From an uncultured virus (IMG/VR IMGVR_UViG_3300026549_002462) (lineage: Duplodnaviria > Heunggongvirae > Uroviricota > Caudoviricetes), in IMG/VR virus record IMGVR_UViG_3300026549_002462: a stretch of 64,000 nt of DNA, one strand, 5' to 3'. The notes beneath the pieces are model-generated. The model was not told the DNA's origin, ran no database searches, and saw only the letters and a program-made list of their open reading frames with translations. Positions 37,143-45,905 of the stretch are shown here, one piece after another. Every line of letters begins with the position of its first letter. The first letter of the stretch is position 1. The position numbers and the translations under genes are program-made.

Positions 37143-40100
37143 TTAAGCCTTTTTCCTTGCTTTACGCTCGGTTTTTTCGGCTACTTCCTTGATTCTTTTT
37201 TCGCGTTTTTTGTCGCTTTCCTTCTTGCCCTCTTCCTTGACATCGGAAACGTCAACTCCGGCTATCTTGGCAGCCTCCTTGACGAACTCGTTATACGCGA
37301 ATCCTGATTCAGCGGTGCCCGAGAGTCTGACCTGTCCGGTTATGAACAGTTCATCTCTTGCTCGTGTTGCCGAAACGAAGAGGAGCCTTCTGTTTTCCTC
37401 TCTCTCATCGAGGCTCATTCCGTCCTTCTTGTCATATTTGGTGATTGAGTTGATGATGACCGGCCACTCAAGACCTTTGGACGAGTGTGCTGTGGAGAGT
37501 ACTACGCCAGAATAAAGACCTTCTCTTTTGAGTTCTTCGCCGTCAAAGCGGATGAATGCGTCAATGTAGCTGACCATTTCATCGGTAGTGACGAAGCGAA
37601 CGAGCCTCTTGGCGAGGTTTACAGCGACATCATCCTCTGCTGCGATCTCCTTAGCGAGCGCTCTGAAAGCCTCGGATCTCTTAGGCTCGTAAAGTGAACG
37701 CAGGTGAAGGATCGTCTGCTGACCTTCATCGATGATCTCATTGATTTCCTCATCCGTGTTGGAAAGGACCTTTCCACCTTCAAGGCAATTCTGGAAAATC
37801 AGGATCTCTTTTGTGGCGGTGTAGTCTTTGTATGCTCTGGCGAGAGAACATATTCCCTGAACTCTGGAGTTCTCAAGCATCTTCTGAGGTGCCTGAAGTG
37901 AGGATTCGATGCCTTCGTCTGTGAGCTTTCCTGCGATCTTGACGATCTCGGTCTTTGTTCTTGCAAGGATAGCGATATCTTCAGGGGCATAACCCTCTTT
38001 GATTTTCTCCTTGACGACGGAAACGATGTAGTCGTATTCCTTGTCGACCTTATAGAATGCCTTGACGGTCACCGGCTTGCCGGATGGTCTTGTTGCAACG
38101 AGGTCTTTTTCGACTCTTCTTATGTTGAGCGCGTTGACTTTGTTGGCAAACTCGAGGATCTCCGGTGTTGAACGATGGTTTTCGACGAGATTGACGTCCT
38201 TTACGGGCTGACCGATGCGGTCCTCGAACTCGATGATGTTGCCGGAGTCGGCATCACGCCAGCTGTAGATAGCCTGGCTGTCATCACCGACTACCAGAAG
38301 CGATTCAAATGCAGCAACATCGAGAAGCTGTTTTATGATCTCCATCTGGTTTTTCGAGGTATCCTGGAACTCGTCAATGATGATGTGCTTGTAGCCCATC
38401 TTGTCGAAGTAGTAAGGGTCCATGTCGAGAATATCGAAGATCATGGCTTCCTGATCAGCAAATTCGATCAGGTTCCTTGACCTTAATGTCTCGTCGTAGT
38501 CCTCATACAGCTCGAGAAGAGCCTGATAAGCATCTTCACTGTCAATGGACGAATACCATTTCACATTCAGCTTTCTTCTCAGCTCATCTACATCGTAGAC
38601 CGAGAGCCTGTCGCGCTTGATGATTTCGAACGCAGCTTCCGTTACGAGCCTTGCTCCGCCGAAACCTTTGAACTTAAGGTTTATGTTCTCGTAGTAAAGA
38701 CCCGGAACGGTCTTTTTATCGAGAAGGCGGGCGATGATGGCAGATCTTTCCGTGGCGTCGATAGGGCGGGGCGGAGCGGTGAATCCAAGACGTCCGAACT
38801 CAGTGTTCAGAATGTCCTGTCCGAACTCATTGAATGTGACGATACGAATATCGTTTACATCCATGTCTATACCCAGTCCTTTGAGGTATGATGATGTCCT
38901 GTCTTTCATCTCTCTTGCTCCTGCGTTGGAGAAGGTGATGAGAAGTATGGATGCGGGATCAATCCCCTCAGCGATCATGAACGCCGTGTTCAGAGCTACC
39001 ACTGTGGTCTTTCCGGAGCCTGCTCCTGCATTGCAGCGCATAATACCGTGTCTATGCCTTACGACCTCGTCCTGCTTGTCGGAAAGCGAGATGCCTGAAA
39101 GAGGCTTTTCTCTTCTTTCGACCTCAGTTTTGAGAGGTGCTTCGGCAAAGTGGCACAGCTGGTACCAATCGCAGTCAAGGCAATCATCTCCGTCGCAGTC
39201 GTGGCCGATGATGTATTCCTTGAACTGAGGCTCATAAACCTTGTCTATCTCGACTGCCATGCCGGAGAGTGTGCAGATATGTCTTCTTTTCTCGTCTGAG
39301 AAGAAGCCCGGGACAAGATGATCCGTGCGGTCTGAGTCCTTGCGGAGAAAGTAATAGCTTCCCTTTGCAGCCCAGTCTTCCGGATCTTTTTCCTTAGCAG
39401 CTTCGCTTCTGGCATAAGCGTATATGCCGTAAAGCTCTTTATTGTTAAGAATATTTCTGTCCTGTGATCTTCCGCGTGCCGAACAATCAGGCTTGCCACA
39501 TCTGATACGGATAGCTTCGATTGTTTTCGTACGTACATTTCTGTACAGAAGATCAGGTCTGGCCCCCTTGACTTCCTGTCCGAAAAGAACAAGGTCTTTA
39601 GGTGCCGGAACTGTGAGGCTTCTTTCTTCTTCGTCGAGATATCTGAATATTCTCCTGGAAACTGTCTCGCCGAGAAGGCGGGCGGTCTCTCTTGTGTCGA
39701 AGCTGTAGCTTCTGTACGTGCGGAGGATCAGATCTTTTACATAGTCCTTGCGGCTTGCCAGCTTGACGACCATAAACGCCTTTGTCTCGTTGAAAATTCC
39801 GGTGATAAGGTCGAATCTTCCGTCTGCACGAAGGATCGACTTTACTCCGTCATAGACGTAGAGCATATCGTCTTCGACAAGATCTCTTTCAAGTTTGTCC
39901 TGAATTAGCATGATTGCTGTTTTCACGTCATAGTCGCGGTCACGGAGTGACTTGCTCCAGAACCAGTTTTTGATGACTGTTTTCTGGAATGCGAACTGTT
40001 CGTAGCGATCATCCTTTCCGCTTGAAAGGTTCAGATCTCTTGAACGCTTGGAATAACAGGAATTATTTCCTTTGAGTTGTGAAAGTCGCACTGATTCCAT
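37143..40100 (-). CDS. UvrD/PcrA SF1A helicase with N-terminal Cas4/AddB-like domain
   Basis: AGAGSGKT, IDEFQD, VGDDSQAIYSWR, NHRST, STAHSSKGLEW, FVSATRA. Start MESVR at 40100. Confidence 0.88.
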   Translation of the reverse strand: MESVRLSQLKGNNSCYSKRSRDLNLSSGKDDRYEQFAFQKTVIKNWFWSKSLRDRDYDVKTAIMLIQDKLERDLVEDDMLYVYDGVKSILRADGRFDLITGIFNETKAFMVVKLASRKDYVKDLILRTYRSYSFDTRETARLLGETVSRRIFRYLDEEERSLTVPAPKDLVLFGQEVKGARPDLLYRNVRTKTIEAIRIRCGKPDCSARGRSQDRNILNNKELYGIYAYARSEAAKEKDPEDWAAKGSYYFLRKDSDRTDHLVPGFFSDEKRRHICTLSGMAVEIDKVYEPQFKEYIIGHDCDGDDCLDCDWYQLCHFAEAPLKTEVERREKPLSGISLSDKQDEVVRHRHGIMRCNAGAGSGKTTVVALNTAFMIAEGIDPASILLITFSNAGAREMKDRTSSYLKGLGIDMDVNDIRIVTFNEFGQDILNTEFGRLGFTAPPRPIDATERSAIIARLLDKKTVPGLYYENINLKFKGFGGARLVTEAAFEIIKRDRLSVYDVDELRRKLNVKWYSSIDSEDAYQALLELYEDYDETLRSRNLIEFADQEAMIFDILDMDPYYFDKMGYKHIIIDEFQDTSKNQMEIIKQLLDVAAFESLLVVGDDSQAIYSWRDADSGNIIEFEDRIGQPVKDVNLVENHRSTPEILEFANKVNALNIRRVEKDLVATRPSGKPVTVKAFYKVDKEYDYIVSVVKEKIKEGYAPEDIAILARTKTEIVKIAGKLTDEGIESSLQAPQKMLENSRVQGICSLARAYKDYTATKEILIFQNCLEGGKVLSNTDEEINEIIDEGQQTILHLRSLYEPKRSEAFRALAKEIAAEDDVAVNLAKRLVRFVTTDEMVSYIDAFIRFDGEELKREGLYSGVVLSTAHSSKGLEWPVIINSITKYDKKDGMSLDEREENRRLLFVSATRARDELFITGQVRLSGTAESGFAYNEFVKEAAKIAGVDVSDVKEEGKKESDKKREKRIKEVAEKTERKARKKA

Positions 40101-40183
40101 TGTGTTGTTTCCTTTCCACCACAAAAGGAGAGACTTGCGGCCTCTCCTCTCGTGGATTTAATAATATTTAACTATATCTTTTC

Positions 40184-42727
40184 TTAGTGAAAGTATCTCT
40201 GCAGGATGCGTGTAAGCTCGTCTTCGATCTCGTCGAGAGAAGCGAAGATGATCTCTTGGCCGTACATTTCTCTGAAAACTGCAAAGTCTTCATCGTCTTG
40301 ATCGTGGTACATATACATGCCGATCGTGCGGATGCCTGCCTTGCGAGCGTCTTCTACTGCTGATTTTACATCCTTGATGCCTTCTTTGAAGCCACCTCTG
40401 TAGTCAGTAGGGAAGCCGTCTGATGCGATGATCAGGATCTTGTCCTTCTCAGGTCTCATTGAGAGCTGCTTGGCTGCGACACGGATGCTGTAGCCGTCCT
40501 TGTTGCCCCAGCCGGATCTTCCGAGGTCTCTGAAGTTGTATGACAGATTCGCAGGTGCGACCTCGTCAAACTCCTTGATGACTTCGTGCATGACTCTGTC
40601 AGAACCGTTTGCGTCGAACGCAGCGATCTTGAGAGGCATGTGATCCTTGAAGCCTTCCTCCAGAACAGCGAATGCGTTGCAGCATGCAAATCTTGTTGAG
40701 CCCGGACCATTTCCCATCGAGCCGGAATTGTCCATAAGGAGGAATCCGGCTACGTCTGACTTTACAGGCGCTCCCTTTTTCTTGAACACGTCGATATCGC
40801 CCATCGCGAGATTAGCGATCCTTCTTGTGTCAAGCATACCGGATCTTAAGAACCTCAGATCTGGCTCCTGCTTATTCTTGATAAGCTGGTCGATCTTGCG
40901 GTCAAGAGACTTGCCCTTGTTTTCAAGTTCCATAGGGAGCCTTCCTGTCGGATCGTACTTTCTTACGGATTCTGTGAATTTCACATTGCCTGCGTATCTG
41001 GCATCGATATCTCCCATAGGGATCGGTGTCGAAGTAACAGGTTTGAAATTCTTAGCCGCCTTGCTGAAGGCTTCATCAAGCTTTGCGTCTGCTTCAGCAA
41101 TCTCAAAGTCTGCAGATGCCTTCTTTGCAGCTTCTTCCATAGCCTCTTCGAGGCGGGAAGTGAATTCCTCTTCCGACAGGCTGCTTTCAGAGGCGCTCTC
41201 AACGACATTGTTGCTTCCGGTATCGTTGTTCTCTGTGAACAGGCCGTCTGCGGATTCAATGCCGTCAGTTTCATCGGAGCCGCCAGAAGATTTGCCTGAT
41301 TTCTCTCCGGATCCGGTTGCGCTGTCGGAGCTGCTTTCTGAGGAGGAGTCGAAACCGTCTCCGTTTCCTTCTTCTCCGCTGTCGGATGATTCGCTTCCGG
41401 CATTATCGGCAGGTTCTCCTCTCTTATCTGAAGCAGAGGAGTCTTTGCCGGATTTGCCAAGCGATATCCCGCTTGCTGCAGCTTCGTCTGCCTCATCAGA
41501 TCCTTCGCTGTCGGAATCGTCTTCTCCGTTTTCGGAAGAATTGGTATCGGCTGCCTTGCCGGAGCTTTTACCTTTTTCGGAATCTGAAGGGTCGTCGCCG
41601 TCTTCGCTGTCGCTTTTGACTTTGAACTTTACACCCGGTGCCGAGTCGTCGTCGAGCTCAGACTCTTCCTTGAGCTTTTCGTAAGTTTCTTTATCGACTT
41701 CCATCTCAAGTTCGGTCTGTCCGAAGACACTCTCCGCAGGTGTTCCGTCGCCCTTTTCCTCAGTGGAAGGGGAGGCGGACATCTTGGTCTTGTCAAGATT
41801 TTCAAGAAGCTTATCGACAAGCTTCTCGAGGAACTTCTTGAATGCTTTTGCATCAGCCTCAACTGAGCAGACGTCAACGATCATGTCCAGAAGGCGATCG
41901 AATATGATGCGTCCCTGGTCCATGCATTCCTTGCAGGTCTTTCCGAGTACTGCTGCTGCGATCTCCGGTATGAAGCTGGCACACAGATCATGCGCGTCGG
42001 TTCCGCCGTATGCTGCGAGGAATCCACGCTGGTAGATACCAAGTGTTGCAAGCGGATACAGCTGCCCGAGGATCATTACCAGCTTATCGAAGTCGTTAAG
42101 GTCAGCAGGGTCTTCTTTGAAGCCGTCCATGTCGCGGAAATCGTCTTCAAGCCATCTCTTACCGCGGAATGTTTTGCGGTAATTGCCGAAGCCCGGATGG
42201 AGCTGCGTGCGGATGTTCTCGATCCTGCCATCCTCGAGTACGTTGAGCACATACTTGATGTACTCGAAAAGAAGCTGCTGATTGACGAAAATGCCTTTAT
42301 TGGCCAGTTCTGCGAAGAACTTTTCGTAATCCGAGTCCTTTGTGAGGCGACGCGGCTTGCCGAACGCCTTGATGGCGAGCTTGTCGCAAGCTCTGTTGAA
42401 GCACATCTTCTGTGCTGCCTCCCAGTCCTTCGCGGTCGTTGATAGCATATGCTGAAGCTCGTGACCGAGAAGGTGATGGACCTGATCGAAAAATTCCTGC
42501 GGAGTGTCCGCATCAACCATTCCATATCCGATGTGAATCGTGCAAGGGTAGGTTCTGCCTGTCTTTTCGTCCTTGAATGCAGGATGCTGATAGCTTCCGT
42601 CATCAGGCTCAAGCTCAAATACAGGAATCTTCTTTATGGTGTGTGCAAGGCACTCAACATATATAAGCGATTCGAAGTGTCTGCGCCATTTGAGCGCAAG
42701 GTTGGTCTTTTCTTTCATAGTCAGCAT
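40184..42727 (-). CDS. vWA-domain protein (NorD/CobT-like) with acidic Ser-rich linker
   Basis: N-terminal HELQH and LEDGRIE, MIDAS DNSGSM, SDG.P. Confidence 0.85.
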   Translation of the reverse strand: MLTMKEKTNLALKWRRHFESLIYVECLAHTIKKIPVFELEPDDGSYQHPAFKDEKTGRTYPCTIHIGYGMVDADTPQEFFDQVHHLLGHELQHMLSTTAKDWEAAQKMCFNRACDKLAIKAFGKPRRLTKDSDYEKFFAELANKGIFVNQQLLFEYIKYVLNVLEDGRIENIRTQLHPGFGNYRKTFRGKRWLEDDFRDMDGFKEDPADLNDFDKLVMILGQLYPLATLGIYQRGFLAAYGGTDAHDLCASFIPEIAAAVLGKTCKECMDQGRIIFDRLLDMIVDVCSVEADAKAFKKFLEKLVDKLLENLDKTKMSASPSTEEKGDGTPAESVFGQTELEMEVDKETYEKLKEESELDDDSAPGVKFKVKSDSEDGDDPSDSEKGKSSGKAADTNSSENGEDDSDSEGSDEADEAAASGISLGKSGKDSSASDKRGEPADNAGSESSDSGEEGNGDGFDSSSESSSDSATGSGEKSGKSSGGSDETDGIESADGLFTENNDTGSNNVVESASESSLSEEEFTSRLEEAMEEAAKKASADFEIAEADAKLDEAFSKAAKNFKPVTSTPIPMGDIDARYAGNVKFTESVRKYDPTGRLPMELENKGKSLDRKIDQLIKNKQEPDLRFLRSGMLDTRRIANLAMGDIDVFKKKGAPVKSDVAGFLLMDNSGSMGNGPGSTRFACCNAFAVLEEGFKDHMPLKIAAFDANGSDRVMHEVIKEFDEVAPANLSYNFRDLGRSGWGNKDGYSIRVAAKQLSMRPEKDKILIIASDGFPTDYRGGFKEGIKDVKSAVEDARKAGIRTIGMYMYHDQDDEDFAVFREMYGQEIIFASLDEIEDELTRILQRYFH

Positions 42728-42739
42728 AAGATCACCTCC

Positions 42740-44125
42740 TTAGAATGTGATCTTGTCACGGACCATGCCGCCTAAGACCATGCGCTCTTCAGGCAGACAG
42801 CCGTTCAGGACCTGGATCGTGATACGGTGTGCAAGGCTTGTGGCTTCAGGGAACCTCTCAACGTCTGCAAGAGCTCTTACGAACCCTCTGATGTTGAGGC
42901 ATCTTTTAGATACGCGGCCTTGTTCAACAGCACTTTTGAAATCCTTGTAGACTCTTGAGCATGCCTTGAAGTGTTTCTTGCTGAGCTTGGTATCTTCAGG
43001 GAAGTTTGCTCTGAGGAGGCTTTCGATGTCTTCCGGCATCTCGACCTGGATCCTCGCGAGTCTTGAAGATGTAGCCTCGTTCAGTTCTCTTGTTCCTGCG
43101 TAGTCTGAACCGACCGGGTTCATACCGCCCGCAAGAACGCAGTGAGGGTGAAGCTTGATAGCTCCTTCTCCGCCAGGGAGTACAAGAACGCGCTCTCCGT
43201 CAGCAAGAGGGTGTACCAGAGCCTGAAGGAAGTTGGCTTCTGCCATGTTGATCTCGTCAAACAGCAGAACGCCTCCGTCCTTTGCCCAGTCTACGATCTC
43301 CGCCTTGTTCTGGATGATCCTCAGGGATGCACTCTGAGCTTTCAGCAGCTCGAACTTTGCCGCATCAGCGAGGTAGTTTTCGTATTTCACCGGATCGGCG
43401 GATACGAGGACCTTTGCCATTGCGAGCTCAAGGTCAAGGCCTTCAGCTGCAGAGTTGTCTGTGGACTTTCCTCCGAAGACGGAGTCCATGTCCATGCCTG
43501 CGGACATTCCGATCCTGTAGTACGGTTTGCAGTTGAACCATGCAAGTGTAGTTGTCAGAACGTTCTTGCCCGTTGACTTTTCTCCTTCAAGAAGGAGACC
43601 TTCTCCATTGAGCATGCAGATGATTGCATCGTTCATGTAGGAAAATTCAGTGCTAGGGTTTCCATCCTGATAGATCGGCATTCCGTTAGGCTTGAAGCGC
43701 TTTTCAGAGGCATTTGCTACTCTCTCTCTAAGCACGCGTGCTATGAGGGTAGGGTGCACTCTGTTGTCCTCCATGCATTTGATCATGGCGTCGACTTCTT
43801 CTTCCGGAACGGATTCAAAGTCGATGAGGGCTTTTTCAGCTGCGTAATCGCCGCCGTTTGCAGATGTCTCTGCGCAGTCAACGTCGATGATGAACGAGAG
43901 GGTCTCCGCTCCCGGCCCTACGAGCTTAGCCTCATAGAGCTTCGGGATCTCGAAGCCGTCTTCTGCGTAGCCGATCGACAGATCGTCAATGACGGCCTCA
44001 ACCTTATTTCCCGGAGCTGGTCTGAAGAATACCGGAGTCAGTACCGACTTGCCGTCATTCAGAAGCTCTGAGAAGTGATTTGCTCCAGGCTGCAGAAATG
44101 TTCCTTTTACTGTGATAGTTTTCAT
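42740..44125 (-). CDS. MoxR/CbbQ-type AAA+ ATPase
   Basis: GEKSTGKN, LFDEIN, GMNP..YAGT..LN.A..SR. Confidence 0.88.
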   Translation of the reverse strand: MKTITVKGTFLQPGANHFSELLNDGKSVLTPVFFRPAPGNKVEAVIDDLSIGYAEDGFEIPKLYEAKLVGPGAETLSFIIDVDCAETSANGGDYAAEKALIDFESVPEEEVDAMIKCMEDNRVHPTLIARVLRERVANASEKRFKPNGMPIYQDGNPSTEFSYMNDAIICMLNGEGLLLEGEKSTGKNVLTTTLAWFNCKPYYRIGMSAGMDMDSVFGGKSTDNSAAEGLDLELAMAKVLVSADPVKYENYLADAAKFELLKAQSASLRIIQNKAEIVDWAKDGGVLLFDEINMAEANFLQALVHPLADGERVLVLPGGEGAIKLHPHCVLAGGMNPVGSDYAGTRELNEATSSRLARIQVEMPEDIESLLRANFPEDTKLSKKHFKACSRVYKDFKSAVEQGRVSKRCLNIRGFVRALADVERFPEATSLAHRITIQVLNGCLPEERMVLGGMVRDKITF

Positions 44126-44300
44126 GGTGTTATCTCCTTTCGTTAAATAGAAAATGACTTCGCGTCACCGCTGCGAAGCCACCGTTTGCTTAAACAAAAA
44201 AGCACCTGCAATGCCCTAAAGACATACAGGTGCTCCGATTGTAAGCTGAGAATACGTTAATATGAGTATATATTATAGCATTCCGGCTGATTTTACAAGT
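44123..44300 (-). promoter_or_regulatory. Conserved structured leader, copy B
   Basis: TGcTATAAT, CATATTAACGTATTC, AGCACCTG...CAGGTGC-T-run, hairpin with CGGTGAC loop. Confidence 0.85.
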
Positions 44301-44309
44301 AGAACTGGG

Positions 44310-44588
44310 CTACTTGTTGACTGCGTCCTTGAGTCCCTTTCCGGCCTTGAAGGAAGGTACAGTCGCTGCAGGGATGACTACGGTCTCTTCAGGATTGTGA
44401 GGGTTTCTTCCGGCCCTTTCCTTACGCTGTCTGGTTTCGAATGTACCGAAGCCGATAAGTCTTACGCTGTCTTTCTCCTTGAGCGCATCTGTGATTGCTG
44501 CAAATACAGCGTCTGTTGCGGCGGCTGCATCTTTCTTGGACAGAAATGCTTTCTCTGCTACCTTTTCTATAAGTTCTGCTTTGTTCAT
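44310..44588 (-). CDS. hup: HU family DNA-binding protein
   Basis: MNKAELI...GFGTF...R.GRNP...P.FKAGK.LKDAV. Confidence 0.95.
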   Translation of the reverse strand: MNKAELIEKVAEKAFLSKKDAAAATDAVFAAITDALKEKDSVRLIGFGTFETRQRKERAGRNPHNPEETVVIPAATVPSFKAGKGLKDAVNK

Positions 44589-44644
44589 ATGAGTCTCCTT
44601 GTTTTCTGCTGAAGTATTAGCGTTTTTATTAACACCATCTGGCG

Positions 44645-45187
44645 TTATCTGCTTTGGTATTCGGTGTCGTCGCTATCAATAGCTGTATAGCCATAGACGG
44701 TAGGAAAGTACTTTCTTCCGCTGTATTCGGCAGGTTCTATGTCCGAAGGGACATATACGTTTACGAGCCAGCCGGGAAGGGGGATCGCCTTTTTCCCGGA
44801 TACAGCTATATGGTATTCTCCCCGGTCGTTTTCTGTTTCGGGATCGGCTTTGATCATAATAAGTCCGGTCGGGTTTCTGCTCAGCCTTGTCAGATATGTG
44901 TAGTCAACGATTTTGAACAATATCTCCCTGTATCCCCGCGAGATGACGTCATATCTTTGCCAGGTCCCGTATCCCAGAAGAGACAGGGCTATAAGAGCCA
45001 GAAAAGGAGCAAGTCCTCTTGTGGATGGAACGACCAGCGTTGTGACCGCAAGAAGAAGCGCTACGGCGCCTATCGTGAGGAGCGGGTTGATCCTGGCTGC
45101 GATCGGAGGAGGGAGAGCTTCCGTGTAGATTTGTCTCAGGCTGATACGGTTCTTCTTTGCTTTGGATCTTTTCTTTTTCTTTTTCAC
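44645..45187 (-). CDS. Membrane protein
   Basis: Basic N-terminus and two TM helices. Confidence 0.6.
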   Translation of the reverse strand: MKKKKKRSKAKKNRISLRQIYTEALPPPIAARINPLLTIGAVALLLAVTTLVVPSTRGLAPFLALIALSLLGYGTWQRYDVISRGYREILFKIVDYTYLTRLSRNPTGLIMIKADPETENDRGEYHIAVSGKKAIPLPGWLVNVYVPSDIEPAEYSGRKYFPTVYGYTAIDSDDTEYQSR

Positions 45188-45205
45188 TTTTCTTCTCCGT
45201 GTTTA

Positions 45206-45811
45206 CTAGAATACGAAATGGAAATACAGTGCAGATGCCACAAGGAAGAGGACGAGAACTCCGATGAGTACGATCAGCGCAGTATTGACAGGCTTTTCTT
45301 CTTCGTAATCTCCGTTAGCATCTTCCGGCTCGATCTCGTCGTAATATCCGTCTGAATTCACCAGCTCGTTGATTTCGTCCTCTATCTGCTGCTGTTCTAT
45401 TTCTGAATAGTCAAAGAGGGCGTTAGCTACTTTCGTGGCGACCCGGTTTCTGAATCGCTTGAGGCGGCGAGGATTTTCTGCAGCTTCCTGTCCATCATTT
45501 TCTTCGAACTCCGCTTCTATGGAGTCTTCTATCTCGCTCTTACTGAAGCCCGCGTAGGCCGGTGAGAATTCGGACAGGGCGTTTGTGTATTCTGCATGCA
45601 CGCGGTCCTCGGCTCTTCTTTCCTGCATCAGTACCCTTGAGGCGCTGGCTGCTCTTCGCTCTTTCTCTCTCATCTCGGCAAGAAGAGTTTTAGTGCCGTC
45701 ACTTCTCGGGTGCAGCCTGACCTTTCCGACTTCATCGAATGAGTATGTGCTGCGTGACAGCGGTCTGCACCACAAGCTTATTTTAGTGTAATGCTCCTCG
45801 ATTATGCTCAA
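45206..45811 (-). CDS. C-terminally anchored membrane protein
   Basis: Acidic body and C-terminal TM. Start uncertain. Confidence 0.55.
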   Translation of the reverse strand: MSIIEEHYTKISLWCRPLSRSTYSFDEVGKVRLHPRSDGTKTLLAEMREKERRAASASRVLMQERRAEDRVHAEYTNALSEFSPAYAGFSKSEIEDSIEAEFEENDGQEAAENPRRLKRFRNRVATKVANALFDYSEIEQQQIEDEINELVNSDGYYDEIEPEDANGDYEEEKPVNTALIVLIGVLVLFLVASALYFHFVF

Positions 45812-45905
45812 GTTCCTGTACCGTTTCCTTTCTGTAGGTTAGGATATTACTTTTACTGTTAAAAAATCAAAGGGTTCGCGCTTATGAATTTAAAAAGTTG
45901 AATAA

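Noticed and set aside
40647..41684. Long plus-strand ORFs antisense to real genes (also 14242-15180, 36089-37192 and minus-strand 56477-57604)
   Set aside because: Shadow frames of well-supported genes on the opposite strand, with low-complexity or uninformative translations.
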